IMG/VR virus record: IMGVR_UViG_3300008954_000051
Location: 1-63,520 of that record
Strand: one strand, 5' to 3'
Length of the DNA: 63,520 nucleotides
Source of the DNA: a virus
Taxonomy: Duplodnaviria > Caudoviricetes
Both the position numbers and the translations under genes were made by a program. Positions 19,096 to 29,100 of this stretch are shown here, one piece after another. The notes beneath the pieces are model-generated. The model was not told the origin of the DNA. It ran no database searches and saw only the letters and a program-made list of their open reading frames with translations. The stretch's first letter is position 1; every line of letters begins with the position of its first letter.

Positions 19096-22000
19096 TGGAA
19101 AATAAAAAAACCTGGCGGGGTCTCCCTTTTTTATCAAGCTCAACTTCAACTTCAATTGGCAATCCAGGAGAGGGAAAACATAGATCTGAAATTATAGCAT
19201 TTGGTGCACAATCAAAATGGTCGTTAGATTCATCAAGCATTGTTATAGCCCTCGATTCAAGATCACCCACTTGGGAAATAGGGGGTGAGGAGGTGGTGCA
19301 AGGAAACCTTCTTTCGTTTGGTTATCATTCGATAGTAAGCGCAGATGTGCCTTCCGCGGTTCCCCCTGGAACGGCGAACTTTTACTTTAGGGATGCGATA
19401 TTGCCGGAGGGAATTCTTCCCGCTATGATCGGGTCCAAAAATAAATTTGTTAGAATGAAGGTGCGAAGGTTGTCAGCACCAATTAAAGCCAATACTGGTT
19501 CTCAAATTTATAATAGTGTTGGCCTGCAATACAAATCTGCTGCTAATATTCCATCACCAATTTTTATTCCTAATAATTTAGAATCAACCGAACTGTCTTC
19601 AGGCTCTGGTGAATGGAAAATTTTTGAGTGGAATTTAGCTTATCCTATGATAGCGAATACTGTTACAATGGGAATAGAATCGTATACGAAAACTATAGAC
19701 AATAACACAGACATAAATCTTTGGACGAATACTGTTGTTAGGGGAATGCGATTTTTATTCGATGCATATAGAAGTTCAGAAAGATTTTCTTATGTGTGGA
19801 AACCAAAAAGATTAATCAGTCCTGCTATGGCCATAAAAGAATTTCCTTCATCCACAGGTCAAGAGCTTTGGCCCGTGCCGTCAGGAAACAAAAAAATTGT
19901 TAGGTTGACTGCAAATGTTTCTTATTCTAGAGGAACTACCGTTGTTACAAATGAATCGGCCTCCCCCGTTCATGTAGATATGCCCCAGGTTGCCACCGAA
20001 CTGTTCGGGGGTGACACTACCGCACTCTTTAATTATGTGCAGGAAAACTTAGTTTATGTATTTGGGAACCCTCTTGCTAGTGATATTCGGTTAACAACCG
20101 ATGGCCGTAGTTCAGGTGGGTTTGCTACCCTACCCCAAACAAATCATTTTCTAGATCCTCCCGGCATTGACATAATAGTATATTATAAAAAAACAGACGG
20201 AACTCGATCTACTATTAGACATGATTTTAGTGGTACCCTTCCCGGTGTTGCAGATACCTTGTGGGATAGTTTGGCCAACGATGTCCTGCCGATCTTATTG
20301 ACCTTCAGCAGCATGGGCACATTAGGCTCTGCTAACTGGGCAAGTAATTGGAATGGAGAAAAATGGAGGAGTGGAGATGCAGTCGAGCTTGATTTTACTA
20401 AGCTGATCGGGATGAGTGGTGTTGATGAAATCGATAGCATTGAGGCTATTGTTGTGAGTAAAAAGAATCACCAACAAGAGATAGGAAATCCTAATAATAG
20501 AAATATATTATATGTGGATAGTGTTGCTCTTCATTTGTCTGACGGGACCGAAGTTAGAATTCCTGCATCAGAGGCCATATATCAAACGAAATGGTTTGGA
20601 ACATTAAGTGGACATATAGATCCGGGATTAAATATTAATCATACTGGATCCTATGTTGCTATGCCATATACAGGAGATTTGGTGTTTCCTGGAGGGCAGT
20701 CTTTTGATGGTTTCATGATGGATGAAACGTCAAATTACAAGTTGGCGACTACTAGAGGACTAACTTCCCATAGTGGACCCTTAAAATTAGTTCCTGGATT
20801 GACTGATGATTATAAAGTTATAGATATGGCGACCCCCAGAAGATCGTGGATTCATTCCCAAGATGAATTGTTCCCTTGGTCCGATCCTGTTCCAGATCCA
20901 CAGAACCCTGGAGGATTTCAGGTTGTTTCTGATAGTATTGATGCGGGTTTAAGAGATTTATTATTGTTGACCCAGAATACTGCTTTTGATTTTGATTATA
21001 CTGACGGTCCAGGAGGGTCTCCACTAGTATTATTCAGACCCAACTTAGAATTACTGGAAGGGGAAAGAATACATGGCCCCAAGGCTGCACATCTTGCCGC
21101 AGATAGCAATTTTCATCTGACCATATTAGACCATGATGATATAAGAAATACTAACACTCAATCATATTCCCTTTGGTATAAGCCCACTTCAGAAAGGGTT
21201 GGAAAGTATTATCCTGGTTTGGCTTCGGCTTCAACAACAATGGCCGAAGCAGCAAGAATTATTACACGGGACAGAAGCGAGTTTTGGTCTTTGGCTGCAC
21301 ATCATGGAAAGAATTGGATGCCGGCTGCGTATTCGACTTTTAATAAGAATCCCGATGATTATATTATTCATAATTCCACCGTGAGTGAACCCTCAACCAC
21401 TCTGGCCAATAAACATTATTTAAATTATAATAGTGATAACCGGATTGAAAGTCTTACTGTAAATACTTCATTTGGTCTGTTTGGCAATTCGAGTCTAGAA
21501 GCTACTAGTAAAAATGAGACCGCCGATGCGGCGCAGCCTTTATGGTCAAATGCTCCATTTACTTTAGGTCCTAGAAGGGTAGGCCATCGAGCCAATTATG
21601 ATTCGTATTTTAATCCAGATGTAATACGAATACCAAAAGGAAAGCGTTGGATCATTTCATACTATGCATATACTGATGGTCCAGGTGGCGGGAGCCAATT
21701 AGTTCTACATGGAAAGGATAGTGAAAATCCTGCATCTAAAGTATGTAAAGCTATGGCGACGACTTCGAGCGCGCATACTGGCATCCCTGGTTCATCTGGA
21801 ACAATAACCACGCCAGGAACGTGGCAAAGATTTTCTGCGGTTGCTGATTTAAGTGTGGACTCCATAATGACGGGAGCAGATGGATACGGTGGAAGCCTAA
21901 CATATGGTAATATTGGTAGACATGAAACGAAAAGAAATGAAGTTGATAGTTTAAGCATTAGACTTGATGTAGATACCGCAGCCAATACAGTATTGTTCGA

Positions 22001-24299
22001 TGGAATCATGTTAGAGCAACAGCCTGATACAGGTATTACTACTCCTTCAGACTTTGTTGCACCAAGCGAATATCTAGATTTATATTTTTCTGGAATATCA
22101 AATACGATTAATGGTGGTTCTGCTAGCGACACACACGCCTTGGATTATTTGTTGACTTCTAGTGTGGCTAATCAAATATCATCGTTTACTGCTGGTGGAT
22201 TAAAACTAGATGCCTGGAACTATATTGCACTTACGTTTGACTATGATACAAGTAACACTTCAATATATGTGTACAATGTCGATGATGGACTTACATATGC
22301 AAACACATTTGAGTTACCAAGTTCTTATACTGCAAATGTTGGAGCAGCCCCGAATTGGCCCACAAGCGCATCAGTTTATCCTGGAACAGAAGGTCGCGGA
22401 GTGGCTCTTGCGGGAGGCGTCGAATCGGCCAATGCTGTTGGTGGGCTAATTTCTTCGGCTGATACTCTATCTGCTTTAGGAACATATGACAACATTAAAT
22501 ATTGTGCCAGAACACTTTCTTACGATGAAATAAATGATGCATTTTATACCAGAGATGAATATGTTACTGGCCCTACATATGAGATAGATTGGGTGGAAGT
22601 ATCTAATGATCCTTTTGAAGATGCGTTGGCCAATAAACGAATTTCAGATACGACTGTAGATATGGCTGGTCATCAGCCCGAGATCGAAGTGTTTGTTCCT
22701 CCGTACACATTATATGTAGCAAATTCTACCTACACTTTAGATAACGATAGTGGGCAACAAGGAACAGGCACAATATATAAGGTGACTTCCAATACTCAGG
22801 ATTTTCATACGGTCGAAGTGACCCCATATGCACAATCAACCTTCATTTTAGCCGAAACTGATAGTAGTCATTTAATAGGTCCTGTTCATATGGTTGCAGA
22901 CAAGGCCGATAATCTTTTTGCATTATATTACGAAGGGACTTCTGGGGCTGCTGAACCCAATTACGGTCAATCGTGTCATATATATCAATTTACCGCAGAT
23001 TGTAATACATATAATATATCACATTCTACTCATGTTAAGGTTTATAGTGGAAATAGAACATCCATTCCTGTTGCCTCGCCCGGCCAATATAATTCTCAAT
23101 TAAATGTTTTAGAGGATAGTTATGATCCATATGGACAGAATGGATTTGATTTAGATGAATCTACAGGTGCATTGTATTTGGGTAGTCCAAATAGTTATCG
23201 CTCTGAATCTTCCAATTCTGGAATCAGATCTAGTAGTCTAAATGATCCATATAATCAAACCGGAAATATAATTAAAATTATTCCATCGACTCTAGGTTAT
23301 GAAAAATCTTCTGTCATAGAGATTGCAAATTCAATAACGACTGGCCACAGTTGTCGGGTAAGTAAAGTGTTTTCTGGTCCTGAAAATTCTGTGTTTTACA
23401 TATATGAGGACACTAATTTCTATCCCCCCAGAAAAAATCTCAATCAACTCATACATACTGGTATAGACAATATATATAAAAATATTGAAGTTATGGGAAC
23501 CAACAGTTCGGTTCCATATACAGTTAACGCGAACACAGTTTCTTCTTTGTCAAATGGTGTTGGTGACGTTAAAGCAATGGTGTTTGGTTTAGATGGATCT
23601 TTGTATGTAAGTCGAGCAGCATTGCGGACTGAATATGGGGGAGGTAATGATTTGCCTTTTGGGGAAAATCTTGGGTGGATATTTAGAATTGTTCCTGATG
23701 AGAGGGGCAGTTATGCTGTAGAAGATTCTGAAATTACTATTATTGCAGAAAATGTGGGTGTAGTTAATTCTCTTGATGTTAGTGATATTAATAACATCTT
23801 TGCATTTTCGTCCAGTAATAATGTGACTTATGATGCCAATACGATTAGCACTCCGATATATCATTTAACTCCCAATACTGTTCCTGGGTTATATCAATCT
23901 TTTGTGGTGATGGAGGGGGCTTCTGTATCGGCCTCAAATACAGGAACGGTTATGAGGCCAAGTTCAGAAAATACAAATTTTGATGGACTTAATCTTTCAG
24001 GGGCCCCGTTGTCTGGAACTATATTAGCATCTTCTAGAAAAACTATGAATGTGTATTCGTCTGATGGTGCTTCTACTGATACAGATTATTTGTATGAAGG
24101 CGCATTGTGGATAAAATCAGTTTATTCCAACACAGTAATTCGTATTACTCCAGATGCCAATGGGTCATATTCGTCGGCTTCGGCAAATGTTCATGGAATT
24201 ATGGGGACTGGATATTTAAGTGATGGGAGTTGGTCGAGTATTTCTAATAATGGTGAAGGATTCATGTCACCTATTGCATTAAAGAAGGTGTGGAGATAA
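19095..24299 (+). CDS. 1734-aa putative baseplate/adhesion protein with LamG, jelly-roll and propeller-like segments
   Basis: SYSLWYKPT, WNYIALTFD, YDNIKYCARTLS (LamG-like); shares modules with the gp7 insert; 1-nt overlap with the gp7 stop. Confidence 0.65.
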   Translation: MENKKTWRGLPFLSSSTSTSIGNPGEGKHRSEIIAFGAQSKWSLDSSSIVIALDSRSPTWEIGGEEVVQGNLLSFGYHSIVSADVPSAVPPGTANFYFRDAILPEGILPAMIGSKNKFVRMKVRRLSAPIKANTGSQIYNSVGLQYKSAANIPSPIFIPNNLESTELSSGSGEWKIFEWNLAYPMIANTVTMGIESYTKTIDNNTDINLWTNTVVRGMRFLFDAYRSSERFSYVWKPKRLISPAMAIKEFPSSTGQELWPVPSGNKKIVRLTANVSYSRGTTVVTNESASPVHVDMPQVATELFGGDTTALFNYVQENLVYVFGNPLASDIRLTTDGRSSGGFATLPQTNHFLDPPGIDIIVYYKKTDGTRSTIRHDFSGTLPGVADTLWDSLANDVLPILLTFSSMGTLGSANWASNWNGEKWRSGDAVELDFTKLIGMSGVDEIDSIEAIVVSKKNHQQEIGNPNNRNILYVDSVALHLSDGTEVRIPASEAIYQTKWFGTLSGHIDPGLNINHTGSYVAMPYTGDLVFPGGQSFDGFMMDETSNYKLATTRGLTSHSGPLKLVPGLTDDYKVIDMATPRRSWIHSQDELFPWSDPVPDPQNPGGFQVVSDSIDAGLRDLLLLTQNTAFDFDYTDGPGGSPLVLFRPNLELLEGERIHGPKAAHLAADSNFHLTILDHDDIRNTNTQSYSLWYKPTSERVGKYYPGLASASTTMAEAARIITRDRSEFWSLAAHHGKNWMPAAYSTFNKNPDDYIIHNSTVSEPSTTLANKHYLNYNSDNRIESLTVNTSFGLFGNSSLEATSKNETADAAQPLWSNAPFTLGPRRVGHRANYDSYFNPDVIRIPKGKRWIISYYAYTDGPGGGSQLVLHGKDSENPASKVCKAMATTSSAHTGIPGSSGTITTPGTWQRFSAVADLSVDSIMTGADGYGGSLTYGNIGRHETKRNEVDSLSIRLDVDTAANTVLFDGIMLEQQPDTGITTPSDFVAPSEYLDLYFSGISNTINGGSASDTHALDYLLTSSVANQISSFTAGGLKLDAWNYIALTFDYDTSNTSIYVYNVDDGLTYANTFELPSSYTANVGAAPNWPTSASVYPGTEGRGVALAGGVESANAVGGLISSADTLSALGTYDNIKYCARTLSYDEINDAFYTRDEYVTGPTYEIDWVEVSNDPFEDALANKRISDTTVDMAGHQPEIEVFVPPYTLYVANSTYTLDNDSGQQGTGTIYKVTSNTQDFHTVEVTPYAQSTFILAETDSSHLIGPVHMVADKADNLFALYYEGTSGAAEPNYGQSCHIYQFTADCNTYNISHSTHVKVYSGNRTSIPVASPGQYNSQLNVLEDSYDPYGQNGFDLDESTGALYLGSPNSYRSESSNSGIRSSSLNDPYNQTGNIIKIIPSTLGYEKSSVIEIANSITTGHSCRVSKVFSGPENSVFYIYEDTNFYPPRKNLNQLIHTGIDNIYKNIEVMGTNSSVPYTVNANTVSSLSNGVGDVKAMVFGLDGSLYVSRAALRTEYGGGNDLPFGENLGWIFRIVPDERGSYAVEDSEITIIAENVGVVNSLDVSDINNIFAFSSSNNVTYDANTISTPIYHLTPNTVPGLYQSFVVMEGASVSASNTGTVMRPSSENTNFDGLNLSGAPLSGTILASSRKTMNVYSSDGASTDTDYLYEGALWIKSVYSNTVIRITPDANGSYSSASANVHGIMGTGYLSDGSWSSISNNGEGFMSPIALKKVWR

Positions 24300-24324
24300 A
24301 GTTTAATTTAAATCAACCTGTTAT

Positions 24325-24332
24325 ACTAAATA
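24325..24332 (+). promoter_or_regulatory. Late promoter variant (ACTAAATA)
   Basis: CTAAATA variant in the intergenic region before gp8. Confidence 0.5.
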
Positions 24333-24370
24333 GTGATAACGGTATCTTTTTTCTTTGGAGTATATAAAAT

Positions 24371-26164
24371 ATGCCCGCAGTTATAACTAATAATTTTCGC
24401 TTACTAAATGCTCGAAATTTTGTAGATAGTTTCCCGGCTTCTGCAAACTCTTCTGTATATCTATACATAGGAAGAACACATAGTTGGGATAAGAACCCCC
24501 ATACACATGCTCCAACGTATAGTGATCAGAACGTTCCTTCTCCGGACAACTCATTTAAAAATAATGATTATATCATTTGGGATACTTTAACCTCATTAGT
24601 ACAACTAGCCAATACTGATGTATCTTTTGCCACGAAAAAGGTGACATGGGCTGGTGGGAGGACATATGAAAAATGGAATGATACAAATAGTAATTTGGTA
24701 AATTTAACTGATGGTGCTTCTGATTTCTTTGTAATAAACAGTAGCAATGAAGTTTTTAAGTGTTTGGATAATAATGGGGGCGCCCTTTCGTTGAGTGAGC
24801 CACAGCCTGATCCGGCTTCAGTCGCATCACTATATTATGCGGCTGATGGTTATGTGTGGAAATACATGTACAAAATACCATCAGAGTATAATACTAAGTT
24901 TACTATGAATAATTATATGCCAGTAAGAACCCTTACTGTAGCTGAAAGGGCTGCAATGGGATCCAACGACCCGTGGATAGTATTAAAGGACATTCAAGAT
25001 GCGGCAATTCCAGGAACGATTGATAGTGTAACTTTAACTGCTCCAGGATCTGGATATCCAGGATCAAACGGTACGATTGGTACCATTGCCTCAGACGGTG
25101 TAGATTTTACGTTGCCATTACTTCCATCATCACCTAGTTTGTGGGACAATAATATTGACAACCGCTTTGCTAATAGTACCATTATAATATCAAACTCCAC
25201 ATTTGAAACGTCTACAACAGTAGAAACGTCAGACGCATCTGATGGATCCATTACAATAGACGCTTCGGCGAATCCTAATATAATTACAGGGTCGGCCCAT
25301 CAATATACTTATATAATGGGCCCAGAAGCAAAGATTATAGGCGATGGGACAGCTGGATTGCTTTATGCAACAGTTTCTGTTCCATCTGGAGTAACAACTT
25401 CAGAGGGCCCCATTAGTGCAGTTGGGGTAGCAAATAGTGGATATGGTTATACCTTTGCTGATATTGAGATTGTTCCTGTTGATAATCAACAAGCGCCGCC
25501 CGTCAGTCAAGTTTCCCCTCCTGCTGGCCAGGGCGCCCGGGCTACTTCAATTTTATCTCCGCCCGGAGGGCACGGGTCTGATCCTGTTCGCGAGTTATCT
25601 GCGTATCATGTGGCCATTGCGACTGAGCTTGTGAATGAGGGTCATAATGGTACGCTGATTGTGGGGTCTCAAGATTATAGACAGATTGGAATAATAAAGG
25701 ATGCTAAAATATTCGGAGGGGCTCATATAGCCAATTCTGCTCCTGGATATGATCAAACGTTAAGAATTGTTGCAAACAGTTCATCTATTGGGTCCAGTAC
25801 ACTTTGGGTTCCTGCCCTAGATGAAATGTTAATAGGGGCGACAAGCAATGCTATAGGAATTGTGGTTGACTATGATCAACCTGCTATTACGGACTCGATT
25901 ATAAGGTTGACTGGGGTGCGGGCCAATAGCACCGGGGGAAGTTTTGAAGCAGAAGAACTTTTACATCCATATTCCTTTGAGACAGGAAAGGATGAAGCAA
26001 AGGCTTTGCGGGCGAATACTCTGGGATATCTTGGGGTAGGTGCTTCTATTATTTCCCCAGATTTAGACAAATACACGGGGTCAATTATATACAATGAAAA
26101 TAGGTCTCCCATATCAAGAACTTCTGATCAGAAAGAAGATATTAAGATTCTTGTTGAATTCTAA
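24371..26164 (+). CDS. gp8: Baseplate wedge subunit gp8
   Basis: MPAVITNNFR..NA.NF, YLYIGR, VFKCLDN, DGYVWKYMY, PPGGHG.DP..EL, ENRSPISR..DQKEDIK. Confidence 0.92.
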   Translation: MPAVITNNFRLLNARNFVDSFPASANSSVYLYIGRTHSWDKNPHTHAPTYSDQNVPSPDNSFKNNDYIIWDTLTSLVQLANTDVSFATKKVTWAGGRTYEKWNDTNSNLVNLTDGASDFFVINSSNEVFKCLDNNGGALSLSEPQPDPASVASLYYAADGYVWKYMYKIPSEYNTKFTMNNYMPVRTLTVAERAAMGSNDPWIVLKDIQDAAIPGTIDSVTLTAPGSGYPGSNGTIGTIASDGVDFTLPLLPSSPSLWDNNIDNRFANSTIIISNSTFETSTTVETSDASDGSITIDASANPNIITGSAHQYTYIMGPEAKIIGDGTAGLLYATVSVPSGVTTSEGPISAVGVANSGYGYTFADIEIVPVDNQQAPPVSQVSPPAGQGARATSILSPPGGHGSDPVRELSAYHVAIATELVNEGHNGTLIVGSQDYRQIGIIKDAKIFGGAHIANSAPGYDQTLRIVANSSSIGSSTLWVPALDEMLIGATSNAIGIVVDYDQPAITDSIIRLTGVRANSTGGSFEAEELLHPYSFETGKDEAKALRANTLGYLGVGASIISPDLDKYTGSIIYNENRSPISRTSDQKEDIKILVEF

Positions 26165-26177
26165 AGGACAATTATAA

Positions 26178-29100
26178 ATGCCTAAAATAACATCACAGAC
26201 CCCATATAATGATGATTTTAATGAAAGCAAGAATTATCATAAAATTCTTTTTCGACCTGGATATGCAGTTCAGGCTAGAGAATTAACTCAACTTCAGAGC
26301 ATTTTAGAATCACAGCTTTCGCACCATGGTCGATCTCAATTTCATAATGGAGATGCTGTGCTGGGCGGCCAGACCGCATTTTTGAGGGATGTAGAACACA
26401 TTAAAGTTTATGATCATATTGGGGCAGGAAATGATAATACTAGTGCTAAATTAGATTTAAGCGATCTTTTCAACACCACTACAGGTCGGGGTGTGGTTAT
26501 TAGCAAAGGAGAACATACCAAAGGACAGCGAGATAGTCGAAGAAAACCCAGAGCAACAGTAATGGCAGTTGTAGAAAATAATGGTTCAGATCCTGCAACA
26601 TTGATTGTACAATATGCAAATAGCTGGAGGTTTATGGCCGGAGATGCAATAGTTGTCTCTAATATTCCATTAGAAACCTCAGATCCTGATCACATTGTTG
26701 TTGCAAGAGTTCGTGATGAAAACTATGGAGGCGATCCTACTCCTACAGGACCTGCTTCTTTATTCACAGTCGAACCTGGAATTTATTTTATAGATTCAAC
26801 ATTCATTAGAACTCCTCGACAATCTATAGTTTTAGGTAAGTATACTGACAGACCAACTTATGCTATTGGATTTATTAAGTCTGATGAAATTGTTACAGAT
26901 GCTGATGATTCCACTTTGTTAGATAATGCCTCTGAAAGTTATAATGTCAATTCTCCTGGCGCCCATCGGTTAAAAACTAGCATAAAACTTGCTGTTCATC
27001 CACTTTCAGATGGAATTACCCTTCCGTCGGCCGGGGCTGTGGGTTTCCACACTATATTTAAAATTGCTAATGGTGTTCCTATCATTGAAGATATAACCAC
27101 GCAAAATTCTGAGTTTTTAAACTTATTGGCAGAGAGAACGCATGATGAGAGTGGAAATTATTCAACAGTTCCTTTTAGGGTTGATGTTCTAGAGGGGGCC
27201 ACCAGTTCTATTATTGCAAGTTCCGCAGAACTTCAATCGGTAGTTACGGGGCTTGCCCAGAACGATGACGACATTACACAGACCACCGCGCCTGAAGGGG
27301 GAACGCAATATGGGCCCAAGGGGAAAGGCAAAAAGCGGGGCGGCCGCCGTGGCGGCGCCGGGTTCCGAAGACTACAGCAAGCCTTTAATGCCTTTTCAGT
27401 CACTCAGCCTACTGAGGCTGATAAATCTAATTTTAGTGTGAAAATTAATCCAGGAACCGCATATGTTAAGGGATATAAAACTAGACTCAATGAACCTTTA
27501 ATTTTAACTGCTCCTAAGGCAAGAACGACAAAAACAGGAGTCGCCAATAATAATTTGGGATTTGGATTATATTTTAAAATTAAGGATCCGTCAGAACCCG
27601 GACTTTGGAACGTATCAAATTTGGAAGTGGTTAATTTTCATCTAGGTAATGTGGCTAGCTTAACTTCACAACAGGTGAAAGATTCTACGCGGATAGGTCA
27701 GGCCCGGGTTACTGACATGCAAGTGAAAACATTTCCTGAGGGTGAGGCGGAAACTGTTTATTATCACCTCCATATGCTTGATATGAGAACGACCCCTATT
27801 CAAAATACTGCTGGAGAAAGTGATTCTACTAGCATTATCTGTTCAAACTTAACCCCGACTGACACTAATCAATATGTTGGTGGATATATCAAGATGATTG
27901 GGGGCCCTGCTAATAATGAAGTGCGTAGAATTGTTGGATCGACCACCGGAGGTGTGATTAATGTAATTCCAGCATTTAGCACAACTCCAACTGGAACTGG
28001 CGCGGGTTTTGGTAATAATTTTCAAATCACTTTTGATAGCAGCTTTGTAGGGTGTATTGCAAATACTGTTGTGGATTCGGCTATGGCAGATGTTGCTAAT
28101 GTTGGGAAGGTGGGCACAGTATCTACAGGAGAAACAATATTATACGGAAGAAATCAAACCAAGAATTATGTTCCGATAGGACCTGAGGTTATTTCTTCTA
28201 TTGATGGGGTATCATATGATATTGTGTATAGAGACAGCCAAACTCCTGCTGGTGCGGTGGTTAATTTTCCTAGACGCAACGTTAATGAAACTATATCAAC
28301 CAATGATAATGATCATATTTTTACAGGCGGGCCCGGGGCGTCCGGGATATTATCACCAGTTTCAGTTGATTCTGATGGTTCTGGTGGAATTGATGTTACG
28401 TTTGGCGTTTCCCCAGGAACAGACGTTATAGGCATATTGAGGGCCAAGACGAACACTCTTGCCCGACAACTGTTCTCTAACATACAAGGTCCTAGATCAA
28501 ATACTGATGTTGTCTCTGGAGCTGCGGGTGCAGTTAGCTTAAATGATACGCTACAAACAGCCAGAGGAATTGGGCTTGTTGTGATTGACACTCCAAATTT
28601 GATTACGAGCGGTCTTGATAATTTAGGAATACCTAACGTATATAACATACATAAAATTATTGATACTGGAGATATTGGAACCCCTCCAGCGTGGAATGGA
28701 GATGTTTGGGATGCAACAAGAAGCAGACATTCGGATGTTACTTCTAATTATGTGTTAGACTCAGGGCAGCGTGATTCACATTTTGATTACTCTTCAATCC
28801 GATTAAAGCCTAATGTGACTCCTCCTGGAGGACAACTTTTAGTCCTATGCGATTTTCTAGAGCCGCCCCTTGGGGGAACTGTACCGCAGTCTGGTTTTTT
28901 TGATGTAGAATCATATGTGGGTGCTATTGCATATGACGATATTCCAGTCTATGAAGATTCTTCTGGAATAAGATCTCGTCTACAGAATGTTATGGATTTC
29001 AGGCCTGTGAGAAAGGCCAATAACGTTGTGGGCTCTCCAGTAGACATCTCAATAAATCAACCATTTCATAATACCAAACGATTTCCAAAGGTAGATGGTG

